Shown here one piece after another: positions 11,409-21,825 of a DNA stretch of 45,163 nucleotides. The first letter of the stretch is position 1; each line of letters begins with the position of its first letter. Below the pieces are notes generated by a model, which searched no databases, was not told the origin of the DNA, and was given only the letters and a program-made list of their open reading frames with translations. A program made the translations under genes and the position numbers. Source of the DNA: Catajapyx aquilonaris (Eukaryota); assembly GCA_000934665.2 (NCBI GenBank), contig KZ538836.1, positions 1 through 45,163 on the forward strand, in the 5' to 3' direction.

Positions 11409-12180
11409 CTTCGGCCGGATTAATTAGCAACCGCCTAAGAACACATGTAATTAAAACCAAAATGTCACTAGGCCTATTTGAGCCACACCTCGACCTTACA
11501 CTGTGTGATTCCTTCCCCTGTTACGACCAAAGCATGGCCTGATTCTAGGTGACTAAACGGGGGCTCTTTTTTCCTGCCCAGGTGTCACGATCACTGAGAG
11601 AATCACGGAAAGACGTGACAACCAGTGATTCACGGTCACTTGACCTTTTTTTTTTTTTTTTCAGAACGTCTTGTTCCAGGGAGCGTTCCAACGGCTGTCC
11701 CACAAAAACCGGGCACTAAAAGTGATTAACTAAAGCCTGTCATACGAACTAATTAGCATAAAATTATTCCTAAAGTTATTGAGTGCTAATATTTTTATTA
11801 ATTAACTGTCACGAAGGTTTTCTTGTTCATTTTTTTTACAGAACGATTTCGGGTACGTTCCAACGTCTGTCCTCAAAAACCGGGCACAAAAAATAATTAC
11901 TTAAAGGATATAACTGGAATTAATTAGCATATAATTATCTCTAAATCTATTGAGTGGAAGTAATTTTATAAAAATCCACTGTAACGAAGGTCACGACTTT
12001 TTTTTCTCGACCTGGACAGTCGACAGTCGACAATCGACATCTGCGAGCACATTTGCTTCTGGCTGCTCCTGTCCATTGAAGGAGACTCCCAGAGCTTTGA
12101 AACGTAATAAAAGGTAATAAATCTATATAATTCAAAGTGTATTACAGTAATATACATTCTTTTTCTCTAGGACAACAGCA

Positions 12181-12900
12181 ATGGATCAAAACCAATTTGA
12201 GACCTACATGAGGGATAAGCTGGTACCTCAAGTAGTGTTGTACATGTCAGCCTGCGGATTCAACTCGGAGAAGGCTTTCGCATTGTTTAAAACACAAGGT
12301 AACAACGATTCTTTCAAGGATATCGAACAAGTGATGCAAACACATTCCGATGTCCTGAAGGAAAAGTATGCTCATGATGCAGTGACAATGTATGGAATGT
12401 TCTATGACTGCCCAGAAAAGTTTTTCATATTACCCGGCCATAAAACACTGATTGAGAACTTTGCCAATCTTATGAAAAGACAAACCGAGCCAAAAGCAAG
12501 CAAGAGAAAAAACATGCCACCTTCTCGTTTTCCATTTGGGTGTCCTCCTTCAAGCTTATTGTCTTCAAAATCGTTAGACAGCAATGAACCCGAGAAAGAA
12601 TCAGACAGTAGCTTGGACTCATACCAAACTACTGGATGTGGTAGTAGGACCAGTACGCCCCCGAGTACTATGAAGGATGGTGAGCACTACACTGTCAATG
12701 TATTTCCTTCCACCAGTAAGAGCAGTGATGGAACCTACGCAGTTTGTGCTAGCATCACCTGCCATATCTGCAGTATGAAGCTGCACCTACCAGTTGCCGC
12801 ATCTAAATTCCGCCCTGCCAATTACTACCGTCATGTCAAGTCCTGCGTCAGCAACAAAAAAAGGAAACGTAAAGGGGAGAAGAAGCAAGCAGCACTATGA
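12181..12900 (+). CDS. Uncharacterised 239-aa protein with C-terminal BED-like zinc finger and basic NLS-like tail, probably transposon-derived
   Basis: Intact 720-nt ORF preceded by a strong splice acceptor (TTTTCTCTAG, ending 12170). Contains CHIC...ANYYRHVKSC, KKRKRK, a Ser-rich linker and an N-terminal F.ILPGHK.LI motif. Confidence 0.65.
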   Translation: MDQNQFETYMRDKLVPQVVLYMSACGFNSEKAFALFKTQGNNDSFKDIEQVMQTHSDVLKEKYAHDAVTMYGMFYDCPEKFFILPGHKTLIENFANLMKRQTEPKASKRKNMPPSRFPFGCPPSSLLSSKSLDSNEPEKESDSSLDSYQTTGCGSRTSTPPSTMKDGEHYTVNVFPSTSKSSDGTYAVCASITCHICSMKLHLPVAASKFRPANYYRHVKSCVSNKKRKRKGEKKQAAL

Positions 12901-13613
12901 AGCTCTTCAGAACAGCAGGTTTCATACGGAGATCGTGGGCGAGCTTCTTGCAGTCTGCATCACATTGCACCATATCATTTCCACCAATGCATATTTTGGC
13001 ATTGATTAATCCGGTGCTGTATGTACAGTGTATGTAAGTTTGCATTATCTTCGCTGATATCATGTCTCATTTACTCTTCCAGGGAAAGACTGCATTTTTA
13101 GGTCTGAGATAAAAAATGGCCATGTCCATTTTGGGGGGAGGGGGTAACACAAATACATGCAGAAATTATAAATTTTAATTTGATTTGGTATTAATTGCAC
13201 ATTTGCGTGTGTATAGCTGATCTGCGACAACGTATGGATGTTAGCAAGAGTGTTAGTAATATGCATTTTTTTCTTCTTCTCATTTTACGACCAGTTTTTA
13301 CAAGTGCACTTGGCCGTTTTTGATCTCCAACCCCTCATAATTTATCACAATATGAACATACAAAGCAGAATTATTATGATATTATGTTCTTATGTTTCAA
13401 ATAGCCAATATTGGCCCACTACTTGGTAAAACACTGTACTTCGTAATGTAATGAAGCTATGTAGCCTCCTTGGGTTGGTTTGGTGGACATGTAAAATAAA
13501 TCATTAATCTGTAGTTTCCTCTGCAGTTTCATACCATTCCAAGCAAGTAAATAACTCGAAATAAAAAGAGAGAAAGTGATTATTTTTGTTTTCCTCTGTA
13601 TTCCATTGGAATA

Positions 13614-13695
13614 ACAACAACAACCACAACAACAACAACAACAACAACAGCAACAACAATAATAATAAAATAAATAATAATAAGAATAATAATAA
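13614..13695. repeat. Compound (CAA)n/(TAA)n microsatellite
   Basis: Directly visible. Confidence 0.95.
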
Positions 13696-14185
13696 GCAAT
13701 TAGCATAAAATACATCTAAAATAAGTAAGTGCATATGATTTTATAAATGCAAAAGGCGGCAAAAAGGTCACGTGACTTTTTTCATAACAAAAAAAATTTG
13801 ACGGAACGTTCGAAAGCATGTCGCCAAAACTGTGCATAAAAAGTGATTAATTAACGTTCATAAAACGAAGTAATTACCTCAAATTAGCTTACATAACTAT
13901 TAGGTGAAAATAATTTCATAAATATAAACCACGATTTATAATACCTGCATGGAACGCTTGTTGCGCAGTTTTTGAAAACAGCCGTTGGAACATATCCGGA
14001 GGCAAAAAAATAAAAATCGTTCTGTGCTATAATTAGTTTAAATAAATTTTAATATAATATAGTTGCTGAGAAAAAATTGTGCCGTGCATTAAAATCAGCA
14101 GTTATATGATGTTAAATATTAAAGAAAGAACATGTGACGTCATTGCACGCCATTTTTTTTCTTCTTCGAACATCCGAAATCCAAA

Positions 14186-16577
14186 ATGGCGTCCGGAAGA
14201 CGAGAACATTCTGAGCGTGAGTCTGACAAAAACCTATTTTGGAACATGTAGCCTCGCCTTCCACTCATAAATATTAGTATAATCATATTCAGCATGATTG
14301 TACGCTTCTTTTGATGCATAAAACATGCCATCAAAAGACTCAAAAAAAAGGCTGGCATGAGGCTGAAATGGTAGAAGCCATGTGATTCGAACATTGTTAA
14401 GGTTTCAATGCAAAGTTTCTGATTGTTCGTTTGGTAGTTTATGAGTGGAAATAATTAATTTTGAAGCTTTGTATGCTATTTAGACATAACATGCATGGGT
14501 AATATTAGTACGGTACATATGTTGGAAATATGCGGCGCTACTAATAATTATTATGTAATTATTCCAACGGAAGTGCCGCTACTAGATGATGATGAGTCGG
14601 ACGATGCGGATCCGACTGGTAATGCAATCCCAGATGCTGAGACTCGCTCCGAAGGATCAGGCGCAGACGGATGGGAAGAGCCGGTTGACGAGGAGCATTC
14701 CCTTCCCGCAACCTGTCCGTTCTGTCCGGCCACATTCAACATCGGCATAATATGGACTCATTGCAAGGAGGCGCACGAGTTCGATCTGGCCGAGCTGAAG
14801 CGGACTCATGCGATGGACGAGTATTCGTACCGTCAGATGGTCAACTACGTTCGGAAGGTCCGAGCGTCGCCTCGGGACATTATGAAATCGGATCCGAACT
14901 CGCAGCCGTGGAAACAGGAGGAGTATTTCAGGCCGGTGGTGCAGGACGACCCGCTTCTGACTTATGGCATGTATTACAGTGCAATCTGATAGTACATGCC
15001 TGTAATACTGGTTATTCTGTAGATTTCAAGGTGGACGATGACAGTCCGGATGATGATCCGGAGACTATCGGCGAAGGCGACAGCGGCGATCTAGCCCAGC
15101 TGGTCCGTATGATGCGGGATGTGATGGGACGCATCATATCCGATCCCGCTTCTCTCCCGGGAGTCGGACACAGCAACGGAGACAGCAACGGACACATCAG
15201 CATGGAGGGAACTGGCGACACGGACGAGTACTTTGGGTCCTACTCGCACTTTGGAATCCACCACGAGATGCTATCAGTCAGTCTGCTTACTCTTTCTGAT
15301 TCAGCGTTGTCTATTGCTTAATTTACGATGGGTGTCTGATAGCGTTGGTGGTTCAGTGGCAGAACATTCACCTCCGGGTGAAAAGCCCGGGTTCGATTCC
15401 CGGCTGGCGCTTAAACAATCGCCCAATGCATGTCCGTTAGTTGTTTCGTTTGTTGTGCTGCTGTTTGAGTATGTGGCCATAAACAGCGTTGTTGTCCCTT
15501 TTCCGTAAACTCTTCTTTCCCCAGGATACGGTCCGGACATTGGCTTACCGTGATGCGATGTTGCTGAATCCGTCTGCGATCCAAGACGCGGTCGTTCTTG
15601 ATGTCGGATGCGGAACCGGCATCCTGTCCCTGATAGCTGCAAAGGGAGGTGCCTCCAAAGTGTACGCAGTGGAGCCTTCTTCCGTAGCTGCGGAGGCCAC
15701 CGAGATAGTTTGGGAGAACAAGTTGCAAGATACGATCACGGTTGTGAAGGGAAAGGTAGAGGAAGCGAGGCTGCCGGTGAACGAGGTTGATATCATCGTC
15801 TCGGAATGGATGGGATACTTCCTCATATTCGAAGGGATGCTGCCTTCGATCTTGTGGGCAAGAGACAGGTACCTCAAGCCAGGAGGTATCATGATGCCGT
15901 CATCCTGTAGCCTATACCTTGTTGGTAAGATTATTTGCACTTTCCGTTTCGGTGGCATGTAACTTAAAACATGCCCATTGCAGGTGCATCCGATCCTGAT
16001 CGCTACTCCCGGTGTGTTGATTTCTGGCGTGACGTATACGGCTTTCGTATGAGCTGCATGCGACGCTCCACCTTGAAAGAGGCATCGGTGGAACAGGTAC
16101 CAGAGAGTGCCATTGCGACCCAGTGCTGCCAGATTATGGGCTTGGATCTCGGAACCTGCACGGTTCAGGAGGCAACCAAGTTCCGCTCGGATTTCCGCCT
16201 GGAAGTCGATCGAGACTGCGAACTGACATCGCTCGTAGGCTACTTCACAGTCGGGTTCGACCTGGAGGAACCCGTCGTAATGACGACTGCTCCTGGTCAA
16301 CCCCCGACACACTGGAAGCAGACCGTCTTCTATCTCCAGCAGCCCATTCCAGTGAAGCAAGGTATGGGATTGTAGGAAAATCATACTCGTTGCCGAGAAG
16401 ACAAAGTTGACGACAACAAGCAGCGGAAATGATGAGTTAACAACTTTCCCTTCCTTCCCGGCAGGTGACGTCGTGAAGGGAAAGATCAGCTGCGGCCCGA
16501 AGCGTTTGGACAAGAGATCTCTCGAGGTCAAACTCAGCATCGATGATGGACCAGAGGTGGTCTACTTTGTGCACTGA
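14186..16577 (+). CDS. PRMT3: Protein arginine N-methyltransferase 3, ~522 aa
   Basis: Exons 14186-14216, ~14574-14966, 15023-15276, 15525-15924, 15984-16361, 16465-16577. C2H2 finger CPFC...HCKEAH, YFGSYSHFGIHHEML, VLDVGCGTG, SEWMGY..IFE and THW loop present; AATAAA at ~16604. The exon 2 acceptor could be 14574 or 14586. Confidence 0.93.
15342..15411 (+). tRNA. tRNA-Gly-derived cloverleaf in PRMT3 intron 3 (atypical tRNA, pseudo-tRNA or SINE head)
   Basis: Acceptor GCGTTGG/CTGGCGC (three G-U pairs), D arm GTTC-AGTGGCA-GAAC, anticodon arm TTCAC-CTCCGG-GTGAA (6-nt loop), T arm CCGGG-TTCGATT-CCCGG. D and T regions match eukaryotic tRNA-Gly. Confidence 0.7.
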
Positions 16578-16839
16578 GCACTATGCAAAAGAAAATCACC
16601 AGCAATAAACCATCATCCCAGGTTTTTTTTATATATAAAATAACGACTCTCTTATTTATCCCGCTGAACTTGCCAAACAAATGGGTGTAGATTAATTTAT
16701 TGATATACGAACATGGAAGATGAGCCTAATTCGCAATTAAACTGTACCTTAGGTAATGTAGTTGTCGCTTAAAATTCTGTAGGCGTATTACGGGCGAAGG
16801 TCGATTGTTCGGCAGACGCTTGTCAGCAATTTCGGCCTT

Positions 16840-19800
16840 TCAGTAATAGAGCAGCCGTTTCTTAAATTCGTGGATGTCCGTGATGAACATGTGCGTCCGG
16901 GCCTCCTCGGGATTGTCTGGCTCGAGGAACTCCAACGCCAACATGGAACCTGTAAGAGCACTTGGCGCTGTACACTGACGGTTTCCTGAATCGCAAGCCG
17001 CGCACTTACTCGGACGGTGCGGCAGGAGTATTCCGGACGAACTCCTCTTCCGGGAGCAGCACGGAGCCAGGAGATGTGCGCTGCTGGAGGCCTGGCAGAA
17101 GCTGCAGTGGAACGGACGCGGCAGGCACTTCTGCAGCTGAGAGACACCGACAACCTGCAGCCAAATGTACTTAGCAATGTTAACAAGTTACGCGCACAAT
17201 CGAGTACCTGCACGCTAATCTTCCTCGGCATCTCCTCGTGGCTCCCCAAGAAGTACTTCCGTCCCCACGTCGCAAGCACTTCAGGCTTCGCAGCCGTCCA
17301 GTACTGCCTCTTGGGAAGGAAACGGATGCTAAAATTCAGATCGGACAACATGCGAGAAGAAAGTTTCGCTTACTGCTTTCTTCATATTGGCCCTGGGGAG
17401 TTTGCTAGAGAAAAGATGAGGCGCCGCCTTCACCACCAGATTTCGTATGTAATCCAGCTTTCCCGCGGGCATGTGCTCCAGCTGCTGTATGAAGCAGGTG
17501 AGAAGCTCCGTGATGTTGCGGTCAATCTCGGAAGTGGTGAACCACGCTGATGGCGTCGACACGTACGCGACCAGCCCCAGAATCCCTTCCTCGTCCGTAA
17601 TGTTGAACTCCACTTCGTACCCGACGAGACGCTGCGTGCGGAGGATCCCGAAGTCCATTAAGGACAGGGCTTTCTGATACGGCGAAACGGTGAGCCACAT
17701 TGAAACTAACTTGCAAAACAGGCGACGCTTACCTGGAACGTCATGAGGAGCAGGTACTTGATGTGCGTGAAGTATCCGACCTGGTAGTAGTTCATCACCA
17801 CGGAGTTCTGGTCGGAGGGGTTGACGTTCCGCAGCCTGCAGATGCTATTTCCTCGCGGTATTAAAGCCACGCCTGAAGTCTGCAAGTACGATTTTTTTGT
17901 ATGAGCTTCAAACCAAAGCACTTGAAGCAAATGTGCGGAACCTTGGGAACCAACAGCTTCGTGCACTGGAACTGGTCCTGGACCAGTCCGCTCATCATCA
18001 CCTTCTGCTCCTCAGTCACCCGCCCACAATATTCGGTTGATACGGAAAACTTGCCGTCGAAGCAGCTGGCGAACTTGTCCAGCGTGAGGTCCTGGAGGGC
18101 CAGGACCTTGTCCAGCGGCGTCCAAGTGTGGCGCATGATTAGGCGGAGGAGGATGTTGCTTGTGAAAAAGAGGGTTGTGGAAAATTAAGAAGCGTTTGAA
18201 TATTAACGAGGCATTTTCACTGCAGGAAACGTACGTCGCCAGATCCTTCTCCAGACCCAACTCCGTGTGGTAGTCCTTCAGCACGCATTCCTTTGCGATC
18301 TGGAACTCCGCCTGAGCCACGCTTTGAGCAAAGTCCCTCAGGTGGAACGACAGGATGGCGACGAGCAACTGCGGGTCACGCGGAAAAGCCGGTGAAGGCT
18401 CGGTATTCAACTTAAATCAAAGCGGGGCTCACCGGCAAACCTACGCAGAACCCTCTTAAGCTGATGAGGAAGGAATCGTCCGAGGTGAACGTGACGTCGA
18501 AGGCAGCGCACACCGCCGGGTAGATGTCCTCCGAGACCCGCTGTTGGAACAGCAGCTTGAAGATGTCCAAGGATGCGGCCATTTCCATGCTTAAACACTC
18601 TGCGGGCTTCACTATGAAGCTGCAGGCTCCGGTGAGGGACATCTCACGGATCTCGCCCCGCACTTTGCGACATCCAATCCGATGCGAATGGACGTCCCCT
18701 TTGCGGCACATTTTTTTAAGCAGCTGGCTGGCCCTGAAGAACCGCTCGTCGTTCTCCGGAGGATGGAAGTGGCTCAGGTGTTTCACTTGTTTCCATTCCT
18801 CGATGAATTCGGATGGTAGAGCTGAAAAAGCGCAGTTCCCTCAAGATTCTGCCGAAACATATTTTTTTTGTGTAAGCGGTGGTACCTTCTGCGGCGTACT
18901 CCACGTCTGTCCAGTACTCCTGGCTCCTTTCGTTCGTGTCCTTGTACGATCTGGACAGTAACATGAAGTTAGCCGTTTCAGGCACCAGCTTCTTCAGGTA
19001 TTTGGAAATGGTCTGGGAATTTACGTAACGTACGATGCATGAACTGTTGTGCGTGACGTGCTTTTTTTTTTACCTTTGCGCAAAAGTGTCTTTGCAGCAA
19101 CCCGTTGTCTACCGTGTGCTGCGGTGGACAGTAGTGCATCTGCCTCGATCTCGCCTGCATCTTATCGCCTATGGGCTCGCCGTTGTCGAATGGCGATTGG
19201 AACGTATTGAGCGACAGGACGTGGAACCGCCTGAACACCGCTTCGTTGACGCACTGCTCCCGCAGCATCTCCATGTACGAGAAGACGGCTCCCAGCACTT
19301 GCAGGTGCTCCCTGAATCCCAGGCTGGTTAGAAATATCAGGACGTTGAGCAGCAAGTAGTACGACGACCCCTCAATCACCGAGCACTGGAGTTCGGTCGC
19401 CCACAACCTGAAAACGACACGTTAAAATTCCAAACCATCTTTTACTCGTATATTAATTGCCTAACATCCTCCGCAGGTACGCCGTGAGGCTTCCGCGCCC
19501 CTCCTGGTTGATCAAGTACATGATGAACGCCACCGGTTGTTTCTTCCACATGTACACATCGGCTGGAAGGCACCAAGACACACGCAACTGCAAGTACAGG
19601 AATTTTATTGCATCATTGGTTAGTTTGGAATGTTGCGAGGCCTCACTTCATCCGTTTTGGTGACGCCGGATATCCGGTAGCACCGACAGAACAGTGGCTT
19701 CAGGAATGGAAACGGATCCGGATCATCGTCAGGCGTTCTGAATCTAGACGAAGGTGGAATGTATCTGAAGGCTTTCGTCAGCATTTCTTCCTGCTGGTCC

Positions 19801-20839
19801 AACGGAATGGGAGCGACCAGGGCTACTGTCATTCGGGATCCGACGTAGTACGTACTAATGAACTTTGTGGTCGCTTTTAGCAGGTTTGCATCGTTACCCA
19901 AGGACTCCATGTTTCCCCAAGTGAATCTGTGTCTCGGATGGTGACTTTTGGCAGCCGAGCTTAAGAGATGCTGCATTTTAACCTCTTCCAACGGCGTCTT
20001 CAGAACAAACTCTGCCAAAAGTGGTACTCTTTATCGTTAATGTCAGACGCTAAGAATGACAGTGTGGACACATTTTTGCTCACTAAAAATGTACTGTCGA
20101 ATATGCAAGGAAATAATAATTGAATAATTGAATAATGCGTTCTCTAAATTTCCGTACCGTGATTAACAATCCTTCTCTCTCCCGTCACATAGTACATGTG
20201 AAGCATCGGCGCTCGAAGCATGTCGACTACACGATCAAGCGCTTCCTCAAGTCCTTGGGGTCCCACTTCAAAATAATAATTAACGAATTCGTACTCCGTG
20301 TTTGCATTGGTTGAGCCTCCATTTGCCTGCAATTTTTGTTACGACTTGGAGTTAATAGCCGATTTTTAATTATTTTGAAGCGGCCGACAGCTCACCTTCA
20401 AGAAACGATCCAGCCCATCAGTTTTCGGATACGCAGCGCTTCCCATGAACACAAGATGTTCGACCAAGTGAGCCAGACCGGGATAGTCGTCCGGATCGTA
20501 AAAGTTGCCGGCCCGAATGGTTATGCTCACTACAGCCAACTGCGCAAGAAAATATAAGTAATTAGTGGACCATCGGCACTTAATTTTTAGTGCGGTTTGC
20601 TATACCGGATTACTAAAGCTTTCGCAAAAGGACACTGCTGCCTCGCAAGGTAGAATTAGATTCCTGCAACAAATTTTTGAAATTAGTGATTGACATTACG
20701 TTACGTTTAATTAGAGAGAATTATTATTCTGCCGAATACTTCTTTACCTGTATTTGTCGTCGTCGTAAACTGATAGTACGGGGGACTTGTAATAGCCAGG
20801 TCTCCTCCCTAAAAATGGTTTGTCATCATCCACACCCAT
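16840..20839 (-). CDS. M16A zinc metallopeptidase, nardilysin/insulin-degrading-enzyme-like, multi-exon, with one apparent frameshift at ~17330
   Basis: PGLAHLVEHLVFMGS (HxxEH at 20470-20456), GGSTNANT, ERRIVNHE (third Zn ligand), RFTWGNMESL, QEGRGSL, NSVVMNYYQVG, LRTQRLVGY, RKISVQVVG, and terminal ITDIHEFKKRLLYY* (stop 16842-16840). Start ATG 20839 is inferred. Confidence 0.9.
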
Positions 20840-21438
20840 ATTTGTAATGAGATGTATGTCAGAAAGAAAAATTTGTCCGCTAATTTTGATTAAGTTAATT
20901 CTAGAAATGATAAATCCATGGTTTCCAATGGTGCACATTGTTGGAAGTTGACATTTTTGTTGAGGTCAATTTTGAGCTTCGATTGTTGGGATGTAGTGCG
21001 TCTGGTACGTGGCACCATCAACTTATATCCCTTTTTATCTCCACTATATGGACCACTCCATTTTATTCAAACAAACGGAAACTTGCACCAAAATCCCTAG
21101 TTTACGAATGGCAAACTTTTTTTCATTCTCATCCCAGTGTCCTGCCTGTTCAATACTAAACGACAACAACGTTTTCCTGAAGGCGTAATCACCAAAAAGA
21201 TATATTAAATAATTAGAATAATCTAGTAAAGCAGCGTATTAACAGATAGATGTTGTTCGGTGCATTCAGTACGGTATATACTTGTACAACGAAGTATATT
21301 AAGATGATGTTCACGACAAATGAAAGTCTGTTTGCTTCCTTCTGAATTTCATAACGATTCATATAGGTTGTGACCGAATAATTTTGTCACTCTACTGACC
21401 CCTGAAAAAGCCTATTATTCTGTTTATCATGTTTGCTT

Positions 21439-21439
21439 C

Positions 21440-21473
<34 letters not shown>
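21439..21473. repeat. (CAA)n microsatellite
   Basis: Directly visible. Confidence 0.95.
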
Positions 21474-21825
21474 CCATCATCACGACATTTCCCAATGAGG
21501 GGTAGTCAGCGATGACGGGAGCCACAAGCTAACCCAAAATGTGAACCAAATTAAAACTTGCAAAAATAAATTCACATATAGCCTAATTATGATTTGTTTA
21601 GGAGAACATTCTAAAAGGATCGAATAACAATAAAATGTGCAATAGCATACTGAAAGTGCAAAAAAGTTCTCGGTCAAGAGTTCACGGCAGGAAGGTATGA
21701 ACTGGCTTGGCTGGCTTCTTCCTCTTACGCATCTGAGCCGTTATCTGCTCGTAAGCAAAGCCGCAGAGAGAAACTGCCAAACCTACTAACCATAGGTTAA
21801 ACATGGCTGCAAGTTTTCCGACGGT

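Larger units (their letters stand above)
11630..14030. mobile_element. Putative non-autonomous DNA transposon-like cassette bounded by ~180-200-bp subterminal repeats
   Basis: Repeat unit (CAGAACG...CGTTCCAACG.CTGTCC.CAAAAACCGGGCAC...AATTAGCATA) in tandem at ~11662-11838 and 11839-12005, a degenerate direct copy at ~13765-13930, and an inverted partial copy at 13961-14026. No TSD found. Confidence 0.5.

Noticed and set aside
10792..11427. 211-aa plus-strand ORF
   Set aside because: Antisense to CHMP2A; its Leu/His-rich composition is the mirror of Glu/Lys/Met codons.
13419..13734. Poly-Cys and poly-Leu ORFs
   Set aside because: Translations of the (CAA)n/(TAA)n microsatellite.
15545..16540. 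331-aa minus-strand ORF
   Set aside because: Antisense shadow of PRMT3 exons 4-6; no recognisable motifs.
17329..17373. 45-nt GT-AG intron that would remove the TAG in the M16 gene
   Set aside because: Splicing stays in the same frame and reaches TGA after HPFPSQEAVLDGCEA, losing the conserved C-terminal exons; it also deletes residues that align with the family.
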